Assembly (NCBI GenBank): GCA_027923505.1 | Contig: BROI01000007.1 | Coordinates: 930,001-994,000 of the forward strand | DNA from: Mayamaea pseudoterrestris | Taxonomy: Eukaryota | DNA length: 64,000 nt | Direction of reading: 5' to 3' | In this document: positions 55,598 through 64,000 of the stretch, piece by piece | Position numbering within the stretch: the stretch's first letter is position 1 | How the letters are laid out: each line of letters begins with the position of its first letter | Program-made: the position numbers and the translations under genes | The notes under the pieces: model-generated | Seen by the model: the letters and a program-made list of their open reading frames with translations, nothing else | The model's database searches: none | What the model was told of the DNA's origin: nothing

Positions 55598-58500
55598 TTA
55601 TTTCACTGCTCGCTGAGGCGCGTACCACTCCTTTCTCGCCAAGGTCATAACTCTATCCGATATAATGCGTGCAAACAACAAAGGCTCTTCATCAATAAGC
55701 TCAGTGCCTTCTATATTGCCTTCTTCTGAGTCAACGTGATCATAGGGTAGCGCCGTTACTTCTCCATAGGGTGTGTAATCCTTGTTTCGTTCGGATAACA
55801 ACGGATACCATTCAAACACATCCGTCAACAAGCGTTTAATTTCCGTCCAGTCCGCCAATGCTTTTAAACCTCGATCCGTAAGTTCCGCCTCCGTTGTTAG
55901 GCGACGAGCGAGCTCTCGTTTTGCCATGACATAAGCAAAACTAAGCTGATCGACGGAACTTCCTTCCCATCGCGTATGTTCCTTGTACCAATCGCAGCGC
56001 AGTTGACGGCCTTCCGCAAGCTCCAAATCGTGCACAACCCAACGTGTTCGGGCCCAATGTTTCATAGCAAAGGTGTACGGCGGCTCAAGAGGTGATCGCA
56101 TGGTGTTCCGGTTTACAAAGGAAACGATGCGTTCGTAGAACTCGCGTTGTGCCTTAATGGAGGATGGCTCCTTGCCAAGCGAGCGCTCGCCGCATTCAAA
56201 ACGCATAAACCGTGAAGCTTGCCGAATTGATATCTTGTCTTTCCAAGCAGACTCGGATCGATATGATTCCTGGTGTCGGAGCTCTGACATGAGAATGACA
56301 GCTCGCCGGGATGGCTCAGCCGGTAAGCGAATCTTGGTTTTCGGCGGGGTCTTTTTCTTCACTGTGCGTTTAGGCAAAGCGTCACGTTTCAACTGCTGTA
56401 CCAAAAACTTAATGTCATCATGCTTTGGCGACACACCAAAACTTTCTTCGATAAACACTGCCTGCTTGACACTCTCGGAGAAAAGTCGTCCTGGTGCCAG
56501 TTTCACTAAGTACTTCAACGCATGAGGTAGAGGATCAGGTACTTCATCCGGCCACACGAGAATCCATCCTTGATACAGCAGTCGGCCGTTTAGCTTGATG
56601 CGTTTCAAGTTGTGCAGCGCATCCTGGGAGCCATAATCTTCTGGTCGAGGAATGACACCGAGTTGAACCTGTTCATGATCTGGAACCTTCTGTACCACAG
56701 ACTGAACAAGCGGACTTTCAAAAGCAACAAAGGCGACTGTACATATAAGCGGGGTTCCTTCATCCATGTACTCAGTGTGCAATTTAAAGTCGGAAGCATC
56801 TTTTACTAGCAGCTGGGTGTACAACACAATTTCACAACCCTCCGTCACATCGTGCACAACGTTCAGCATAGAGTCGAACATTGATGTTGAGCACTTGTTA
56901 GCGTAGGAACATTCAGATGCACAAGGATGACTAGTCGAGCCGATGCGGCACGATGGATCATCTAGTGGGCAAGAGGGAAGAGAATGACGAGCTAACAAGC
57001 CATCGCCCGACAAGGCTGAGCTCGAGTGATTCGCGTTAGCGAGAGGTGGCGGAGGAGCAGTCTGATCCAGATACCAAGCTAGCGTTCTGATCACGCCTTC
57101 ACTAATTGTCGTTCGCGGAAACCAGCTAAGATATTGTCGAGAGTGACCGAAATCCGGCCTAGTTGCAAGTGCTGCTGGCACCATATCTTCCGAACTTGCG
57201 ATGGCTTGTTCCGACTCGGAAATGGAATGCACAAGTTTATTTATCGCCTGCCATGTAGTCTTACCAACCGGCTCCAAAGCAAAAGGTTTCGGATGAGGCG
57301 ATCGAAACTGCATCGCTGCAATCAAAGCTTCAGCAACGTCGTCAACATACAAAAAATCCTGGAGACGCTCGTCATACGAGCTCGCATTTGTCTGATTGCC
57401 GACAGTATTCAACAGTATTTGATGCATAGGCGACTGCACCGAGTGCCAAGGACCAAAAACAACGTCTGGTAGTCTTATGGCTGTTGACTGCACTCCAAAC
57501 GATGAATAATATGCATTCGCCATGATTTCCTGCATCTTGTGAGTCTGCGACATGGCAATGGTGTCCCTACTAGCGTTTTCAACAAACGGCTGGAGAGTGG
57601 ACCCAAGTTGGGATGAAACGTACACAAAATTTGGCCGTGTCCGCTCATCGCCCGTCGAGGCGATTGACATTAAAATCTGCTCCATGGCTGCCAGCGACGA
57701 CCGCACATGGTAGAGGGATGGTTGATACTGCTCACCGTCCAATTTAACGTAGGGGTGCTGCAGATTGTTGTGCTCTGTACTTTGAAAAAAGTTTGCCAGG
57801 TGCACAATGTGCGTGGGACGAAAGGTGCGGACAATGTCAATTTCGCCAGTGGCGTTCAAGAGAACGTTTTCCTCGCGCTTGAAGGGATCGAGTCCAACGT
57901 AACCCCAAAGTATATTTAGTTTTGGAACATGCTTTGCAAGAACTTGAAGTGGCTCGAGCAGTCGCAGTCGGTTTGGGATCGTGTTGGGAAATGTCGGATC
58001 AATCGCTGCTACTACTCGGGCCCGACATCTCTGGTGAAGCAAGAGCGCCAATCGCAGTCCCAACATGTCAGTAATCCCGGTAATCAATATTCTGGATCGC
58101 GTACCAACCGCGTCACGACTCAAGTAGTTGTTTGGAAACGTCAACGACGCGTTCTGGGCGTGAAACCCGCAAAGGGCCTCTAAAGACGCAGGTTCAGAAT
58201 GTGAAATGGACTCTAGCCCCGCGTTCGAATCGGCACCAGCATGTCCATCAATGTCGGCAAGACCGACATGCTGCTCATCAGCAGTAAACACATTCTCCAG
58301 ATTTGCAACTGGTCGCGAGCGAGATATTCTCGAAGTCTCTCTCTGACTATGCAGTTTCCTCGCACTTCGCCGCGATATTGCTTCCCGCTCGTCCAAAAAT
58401 GCGCGCGCCAAACTCAACTTTTCCATTTGATGCACCAACTCCAAAAGTTGCTCCGAATCTTTCGGATCACGAAAATAGTAGTCATCATTCGATGTGACGC

Positions 58501-59020
58501 GTTTGTACATGTAAATGGCTAGTGCAAGGTAGGCTAGCGCCAGCGCCAGCAATATGGATTGCGTCCTTGTGCCGCAAACGGCGGCGCGTCTCTTCTTGGC
58601 CGGATACTGCGCTGCATATCGCTGCTTGCCATACTTGTTATCGGGACTTCCATCGAACGGCCTTTTGTTGTGCGCGCTGCTATTGTAATCCGAAAAGTAG
58701 AAATTGTCCTCGCGATTGACGGAACTGTCGTCGGCAGCATCCTGCTGCGCTCGAAAGTGCCGCTGCCGCTGATGGAGGCCCATGGTTTGCGCGTAAATGC
58801 TCGTTGGACTAGACCGAAGCGTACTCTTCGATTCTGGTAGCGAGTCCGATGCGCCCGAGTCAGTGAGTTTCTCGTCGTCCTGGACGCTTAGAGTTTTCTG
58901 CGGCCATGCTTGCGGCTCAACGGCTCTCTGCTGCGACGAATGCTCGACGTCGTGCTCGTCATTGGCTTCCTCGTCCTCCTTGTCATTCGTTTTACGTCTA
59001 CCAGGCGTAGGAAACATCAT
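55598..59020 (-). CDS. Type II membrane fusion of a degenerate NAD-dependent epimerase (UDP-GlcA 4-epimerase-like) and a DUF616/TOD1/MUCI70-like glycosyltransferase domain
   Basis: TM helix, then ILITG..THIVHLA..FVYVSS..VFGPW..DFLYVDDVAEAL..WFPRTTISEG..WY, then KLAPGRLF..RCDWYKE..DQLSFAYVM. Confidence 0.7.
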   Translation of the reverse strand: MMFPTPGRRKTNDKEDEEANDEHDVEHSSQQRAVEPQAWPQKTLSVQDDEKLTDSGASDSLPESKSTLRSSPTSIYAQTMGLHQRQRHFRAQQDAADDSSVNREDNFYFSDYNSSAHNKRPFDGSPDNKYGKQRYAAQYPAKKRRAAVCGTRTQSILLALALAYLALAIYMYKRVTSNDDYYFRDPKDSEQLLELVHQMEKLSLARAFLDEREAISRRSARKLHSQRETSRISRSRPVANLENVFTADEQHVGLADIDGHAGADSNAGLESISHSEPASLEALCGFHAQNASLTFPNNYLSRDAVGTRSRILITGITDMLGLRLALLLHQRCRARVVAAIDPTFPNTIPNRLRLLEPLQVLAKHVPKLNILWGYVGLDPFKREENVLLNATGEIDIVRTFRPTHIVHLANFFQSTEHNNLQHPYVKLDGEQYQPSLYHVRSSLAAMEQILMSIASTGDERTRPNFVYVSSQLGSTLQPFVENASRDTIAMSQTHKMQEIMANAYYSSFGVQSTAIRLPDVVFGPWHSVQSPMHQILLNTVGNQTNASSYDERLQDFLYVDDVAEALIAAMQFRSPHPKPFALEPVGKTTWQAINKLVHSISESEQAIASSEDMVPAALATRPDFGHSRQYLSWFPRTTISEGVIRTLAWYLDQTAPPPPLANANHSSSALSGDGLLARHSLPSCPLDDPSCRIGSTSHPCASECSYANKCSTSMFDSMLNVVHDVTEGCEIVLYTQLLVKDASDFKLHTEYMDEGTPLICTVAFVAFESPLVQSVVQKVPDHEQVQLGVIPRPEDYGSQDALHNLKRIKLNGRLLYQGWILVWPDEVPDPLPHALKYLVKLAPGRLFSESVKQAVFIEESFGVSPKHDDIKFLVQQLKRDALPKRTVKKKTPPKTKIRLPAEPSRRAVILMSELRHQESYRSESAWKDKISIRQASRFMRFECGERSLGKEPSSIKAQREFYERIVSFVNRNTMRSPLEPPYTFAMKHWARTRWVVHDLELAEGRQLRCDWYKEHTRWEGSSVDQLSFAYVMAKRELARRLTTEAELTDRGLKALADWTEIKRLLTDVFEWYPLLSERNKDYTPYGEVTALPYDHVDSEEGNIEGTELIDEEPLLFARIISDRVMTLARKEWYAPQRAVK

Positions 59021-59275
59021 GGTATATACAGTACGACGTTACTTGACGTAAATTGCAAGTCTTCACACATTATGGTTTGGTTCAGTGATGTTGTGTGCGA
59101 CGGCCATGGTGCTTTCGAGGTCGATCGGTGGATCCGAGAAAAAATATAGTCGCACCGGTTCTGATTTTGTGACGTCATGCTATCTTTGCCGCAAAATGAG
59201 GCTTCCGATAGATCTCCAAGTCAAAAGAATGTTCGAAATACAACTTCTGTTACTTAATATACCATTTCATGGTGA

Positions 59276-60466
59276 TTATACATTAACTGCGTCAATATCA
59301 TCGTCATCGTTACTTTCTTCGGCGCCCGCCCCGGATCCATCATCATCGCCAACATGAACGTCGCCCGCTGCCCCGGTTCGATTCCGTTTCAAAGGAGATG
59401 CATCGTCACTGGGCACTTCATCCGCTTCTCGCTTGACAGCTTCCGTTTGCGACTCGACACTCAGCGGCTGATGCGTCTTGGTGTCATATCCAGTACCTCC
59501 AAACGCGCCATTGCTGCCATCCGCTCTGTTTGGAGACAGTGTCGACGACGCACTCTTACTCCGCGACGTGAGCGTCGCGCAGTGCCGACTCGCCACTTCA
59601 TCCTCCTCCTGGAACCGTCGTCGGTCATCCTCCTCCTTTTTCACAAACATTTCGCGCTGACCCGGCGACAAGTCTTCCCACGCCCGCATGAGTCGTGAAT
59701 TGAGGTTCGTGTTGATTAAATATAGTTTATCGGCTGCATTTATTGACTTCTTCTTTTTGTCAATACTTGTTTCCACTTCGCGCTCCGCCTCGACGCGAAG
59801 TGCATCCTTGACGCCCAACACGAACCAGTAAAAGTCGGTGCGAATGGGGTCCACCTGCGACAAGGTGATTTCCTGCTCGGTGGAATTCTTGAGGCGCTCC
59901 GCCTCCATTTCCATGATTGTTTTTAGAGTCGTTGGCGGTCCATCTCTGCTGCTAGGCGATGAATCGTCTGCTGCTGATTCTGTTGCTGCTGCTGTAGAAG
60001 CATGCAGACTGCTCGACGGCGCGACGAATGGCTTTGGTTCCGCCGCATCGTTCGACGTGACTGTTGCTTGCGCCGGGAGCGGCGGCCTGGTGTAGGCATA
60101 CTGCGGCATGCCGGCGTAAGCATACGACGACGAAGGCACCATTCCTGGTGCATGACTATTGGCGTTGCGCGGATCATATGTCGGTCGACTTGCCGCCCAT
60201 CCTTGCGGCACGTTTCCTCGCTGCTGCTGGTGCTGCACATTCAATGGTGGTTGCTGTTGATTGCCGTAGGCTGCCGCATAGTTAAACGGCGGAGGCGGAT
60301 AGGGATATCCGGGAGGCGGGTATCCGTAAAAGCCGGGAGGTCCCGGATATCCGTAAAAGGGAGCCGCGCGAGAAGCGTCATGCTGCTGCTGCGAGTCTTC
60401 CGCGGATGTTGTCGTCACGGCAGGTTCGCTGGGGTGGCGTGGAGATGAGGGAGGATCGGAAGCCAT
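59276..60466 (-). CDS. HMG-box-like protein with a Pro/Tyr-rich N-terminus
   Basis: RTDFYWFV...LMRAWEDLSPGQREMFVKKEEDDRRRF. Confidence 0.55.
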   Translation of the reverse strand: MASDPPSSPRHPSEPAVTTTSAEDSQQQHDASRAAPFYGYPGPPGFYGYPPPGYPYPPPPFNYAAAYGNQQQPPLNVQHQQQRGNVPQGWAASRPTYDPRNANSHAPGMVPSSSYAYAGMPQYAYTRPPLPAQATVTSNDAAEPKPFVAPSSSLHASTAAATESAADDSSPSSRDGPPTTLKTIMEMEAERLKNSTEQEITLSQVDPIRTDFYWFVLGVKDALRVEAEREVETSIDKKKKSINAADKLYLINTNLNSRLMRAWEDLSPGQREMFVKKEEDDRRRFQEEDEVASRHCATLTSRSKSASSTLSPNRADGSNGAFGGTGYDTKTHQPLSVESQTEAVKREADEVPSDDASPLKRNRTGAAGDVHVGDDDGSGAGAEESNDDDDIDAVNV

Positions 60467-60998
60467 GGTAGCCTTTGATAATGAAAGTATAATAGCCTCT
60501 AATTGCGACAATTTGCGTATTTTCTTACTTGATGATGCTTATCAAAGAGCTATATGCAACAGACAAGAATACAAGCAAGCAAGCATGGACGCACGGATGG
60601 TTTCAAAATCGTCAACCTCCACCCAACGTCTGCGAACAGCCGTTGATTGAAGCGGGGGCAACGTTTCCGTTTCTCCGGGGGTCGATCCAACAACTTGTTG
60701 GATCTGCGGGCCACGCACCCCCAGTCCAGCTGCTTGAATGGCCCACAGACCCTCGAATACAATAAAAGGTTGAATGGGACTGATAGTCTTGGGCGTGGAA
60801 CCCATCACCATGCCAGGCGACGCTGCACATTCAACGAACGTGGCAAACCTTTTCCAACACTCGAATGCATTGCAGTGGTGCTGCAATTGGATCCAACGAC
60901 ATGTGTGAAGTTGCCAACGTGCTACTACATGTTGGCAGAGAGGAGCTGCTAAATAAAGTTTTGCATCAGTAAATATGGATTGATGATTAAAGTAGTGA

Positions 60999-61897
60999 TT
61001 AAGGAATATAGTAGCCAGCATTTGCACTCTCATGAAGAGCCTCTCCCAATGGTTTGAAGAAAACAGGAGTTTCCTTGACCACTGAAAGGGACGTAACTTT
61101 TTCTTGCACAGCGAAGGCCGTTATTGCAATCATTGCCAGGCGACCATTCTTGAGCTCCGCCAGCTGCATTCGCTTCTGTCCTTCCGTCTCTTTGGGGTAG
61201 AGTCCGAGTGGGTCAAAGCCGAGGTTGCCGGCAAAGTAGGACGGGTCGTTGCTCTTGGCCTTGGAGATTCCGTACACGTCAATGGCCGCGGCAGCTGCAA
61301 GAACAACGATCCAGTAAATGGGGCTGACCTTTCCAAGACCTCCGTTGAGGAGTGAGGGGGCGCGGCCGTCCACACCAACCACTGGCGCAAGTCCAAGAGC
61401 GACGGCAATCTTCTTGTCCCAGAGCTCACTGAGAGGCCAACCAGCAGCAGCCAACATGGCCTGTTGAAAGAGTTGTGAGGAATGAACAAATGTGAGATGT
61501 TTATATGACGCATTGTCTTGTTCGCAAGTATTGGGAGCAGCAAAGAGAATCAACGTACAAGTCGCGCATGCTTGATTTCCGCCTCGCGATAGTTGAGCAA
61601 GTCCTCCTTGGTCTTGGCAAAGCCGAAAGGATCAAAGCCAATGTCTCCGACAAGGGATCCGTCCAAGGCAGCCTGACGCTCCATGAATGGAAGTGACTCG
61701 CTCATGCGCGGCAATGACGCTTTGGTTGGTTCCTGCATCTTGGGAGCAACTGGGACTAGCTCCTCCGGAAGAGTCGTTTCCTCATTCTCCGGAGTAATGT
61801 CCGTCATGCGGAGAGCTTGGTTCTTGGACATGGATTGCGACGTAAAGGCAGATGCGCCAGCTGACATGGCGAGGATGAGAGCAGCAGAGAACTTCAT
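60999..61897 (-). CDS. Light-harvesting chlorophyll a/c-binding protein (Lhcz-like), 2 exons
   Basis: ASA-FT presequence, [47 protein letters not shown]. Intron 61461-61558. Confidence 0.93.
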
Positions 61898-62169
61898 TGT
61901 TGAATACTGTTTTGTTTGATGGTTGCGAGGCTGGACGGTGAGAGACGATGATCGAAAGCTTCGAATGTAGATTGTGAAACGATTCGATAGTCTGCTTGAT
62001 CGGCTGATGAGACGACAGGATGACGACGTAAGCTACGTGTTATATTGGAGGATGAATCAGCATCCAATAGGCTCTTTCGTGACCATGCGAGACTTGTCGA
62101 CTCATCGAAAGAGGTCGGTGGCGTTGATGGTCGTCGACGATGTGATGATTGTGACGGTCCAGCACCGCT

Positions 62170-62181
62170 GATGACGTCATC
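62170..62181. promoter_or_regulatory. Palindromic TGACGTCA (bZIP/aureochrome-type) element
   Basis: GATGACGTCATC in the divergent LHC/methyltransferase intergenic region. Confidence 0.4.
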
Positions 62182-62282
62182 GAATGAGTCACGGTCCGTT
62201 TTTTAAACGATCGCGACCATGGCGATGATTGGATTTGTGATTTCTACTTTCTATAGCTGTTGAGCGAACTACCCTTGCAATC

Positions 62283-63174
62283 ATGGCCTTCTACCGACTC
62301 ACTTCATCGAATCGGATGAGACTGCTTGCATTTATGTGTACTGGCATTATTTGCAGAGCGTTTCATGCTCCATCACTTCGCATGCAGCGTTTCGATCGTT
62401 TTGCTCGCTATGCATCGTCGTCGTCATCATCACTCATTGAAATGGTGCTACAGAATCCAAAGTGGCCTCCAACGTGGCCATACTCGGACGAAGATTTTCA
62501 GCGACGAGACGAAACGGACGATGCATTCTTTTACGAGCAACCCCGACTCGTCTACCACATTGACGAAGCAGCAGTGCAAGCATTGACGAGTTACTATGCT
62601 ACGCAACTACGCGACGGAATGGACGTTTTGGATATATGTAGCTCCTGGGTGAGTCACTATCCAAAGAACTTTACGGGAAACAAAGTTGTCGGCCTGGGCA
62701 TGAACGAGTATGAATTGAGTCAGAATCCAATCTTGACCGACTATGTTGTCGCAAACTTGAACAAGGAACCGATATTGCCATTCGAGGAAAACAGTTTCGA
62801 CGTTGTCACGTGCGTCGTATCCGTCGACTACCTCAACAAGCCGCTGCAAGTTTTTCGGGAGATTGGACGCGTACTGCGGCCTGGTGGCCAGTGCATCTTG
62901 TCCATGTCGAATCGATGCTTTCCGACCAAGGCGTTTCAAATTTGGTTGCAGACGAGGTGAGACATAATATCTAACTTGATGGTTGCGTCGAAACGTCGAG
63001 TGCGTCGTCTCACACAACCGTACTATACACAGCGACATTGAGCATGTGTTCATCGCAGGAAGCTTCTTCCACTACGCTGGTGCGTTTGATGCGCCAGAAA
63101 GTATTGACATTAGTCCAAACCCCGGCAGAAGCGATCCATTGTACATTGTAAAGGCGCATAAGAAGACTATCTAG
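62283..63174 (+). CDS. SAM-dependent methyltransferase type 11, probably plastid-targeted, 2 exons
   Basis: CRA-FH presequence, FYEQPRLVYHID, LDICSSWVSHYP, SNRCFPTKA. Intron 62957-63032. Confidence 0.88.
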
Positions 63175-63220
63175 CTGTAAATCAATTGAAACTATCTAGC
63201 ATTTCTTTTTTGTAACATGG

Positions 63221-64000
63221 CTAATACTCGCCAACAGGGAAACCCGACACTGTTGCCATGTGCTCCATCTTTTGACCATTGACAGTGAAGCTGACTTTTA
63301 TCTTGAGCATTAGATTCTTCGTTCCAAGCATGGAATTGGTCACGACAATCTTTTGCGTGACTTCCTTGGCATTACCGCCAGAGACTGGAACGGTGGTGGA
63401 GCTCGGTGGGTCCATTTGCATCTGCACATACTTTGGAACGGCCACTTGAAGGTTGAGTCCACGCACGGGTGAGCCAGTCGTATTCTTGAAACAGGCAGCA
63501 AGCTCGGATCGTTGGTTGTTCGTTGGATCAGGCTTGGAATATTCAAACTCAGCGGAGAGACCATTGTGACTAAAACCCATCACTCTGGGTTTTGTTGGCG
63601 TTGCGGGGGCAGGAGTCGACGCGACACTTATAGAACCAAAGAGGTCGACGGGAGCGCTAGTCTGCACAGGAGGCGCTCCGAATAAGTCAATCGCTGTATT
63701 GGAAGTCGGAGCCAAAGAGGTTGACGTAGCTGATGCGGTCGTCGGAGGAGCACCAAACAAATCCATAGGATTCGCAAACGCTGGCGACGGCGCTGCAACA
63801 GCAGGAGCCGAAAATGGATCGTATCCCAGAGATGGCGCAGCAGCTGTCGACGTTTGTGCGGAGAATACCTCTGACAACAAGTCCATGTCACTCTTGGCTG
63901 CCTCGCCAACGGGGGCGAAACTTGTCCCATTCTGCGCAGGAGTTGCTGACGACGATCCAAACATGTCATTTAAATCAAGCAAATCACCTCCATTGGCCGG
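63221..64000 (-). CDS. AP-1 gamma-adaptin hinge and ear (GAE) domain (partial, continues beyond the window)
   Basis: Hinge with DLL/DLF clathrin-box-like motifs, then LQVAVPKY..VTQKIVVTN..LMLKIKVSF. Confidence 0.85.
   Translation of the reverse strand, partial: PANGGDLLDLNDMFGSSSATPAQNGTSFAPVGEAAKSDMDLLSEVFSAQTSTAAAPSLGYDPFSAPAVAAPSPAFANPMDLFGAPPTTASATSTSLAPTSNTAIDLFGAPPVQTSAPVDLFGSISVASTPAPATPTKPRVMGFSHNGLSAEFEYSKPDPTNNQRSELAACFKNTTGSPVRGLNLQVAVPKYVQMQMDPPSSTTVPVSGGNAKEVTQKIVVTNSMLGTKNLMLKIKVSFTVNGQKMEHMATVSGFPVGEY

Overview
Gene-dense eukaryotic window, most likely from a diatom nuclear genome. Evidence: bipartite 'A-F' plastid presequences, a fucoxanthin-type LHC, diatom-style HSF and DUF6824 proteins, and short GT-AG introns. 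About 35 protein-coding genes can be supported. They include an HSL-type hydrolase, an ETNPPL/PHYKPL-like class III aminotransferase, plastid RPI, two tandem GFA genes, a 5-exon cyclophilin and a 2-exon KEOPS Pcc1 (both absent from the ORF track), membrin, HSF, prolidase, BRCA2, G6PDH, CtpA, TCTP, TRM112, a four-module tropomodulin-type LRR protein, Notchless, EAF6, cycloartenol synthase, dynactin p150, a probable CENP-O, a GT23 fucosyltransferase, an epimerase-like/DUF616 fusion, an HMG-like protein, an Lhcz-like protein, a methyltransferase and gamma-adaptin. The most unusual region is the BRCA2 locus (16257-24203). It has about 14 BRC repeats still expanding as 123/129-bp DNA units, an upstream NZF/RanBP2 zinc-finger exon, a 262-bp tandem duplication that could splice out as a newly formed in-frame intron, and one unresolved frame break. 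No rRNA, tRNA, CRISPR array or clear transposon was recognised. All calls come from reading motifs by eye; no database search was run.
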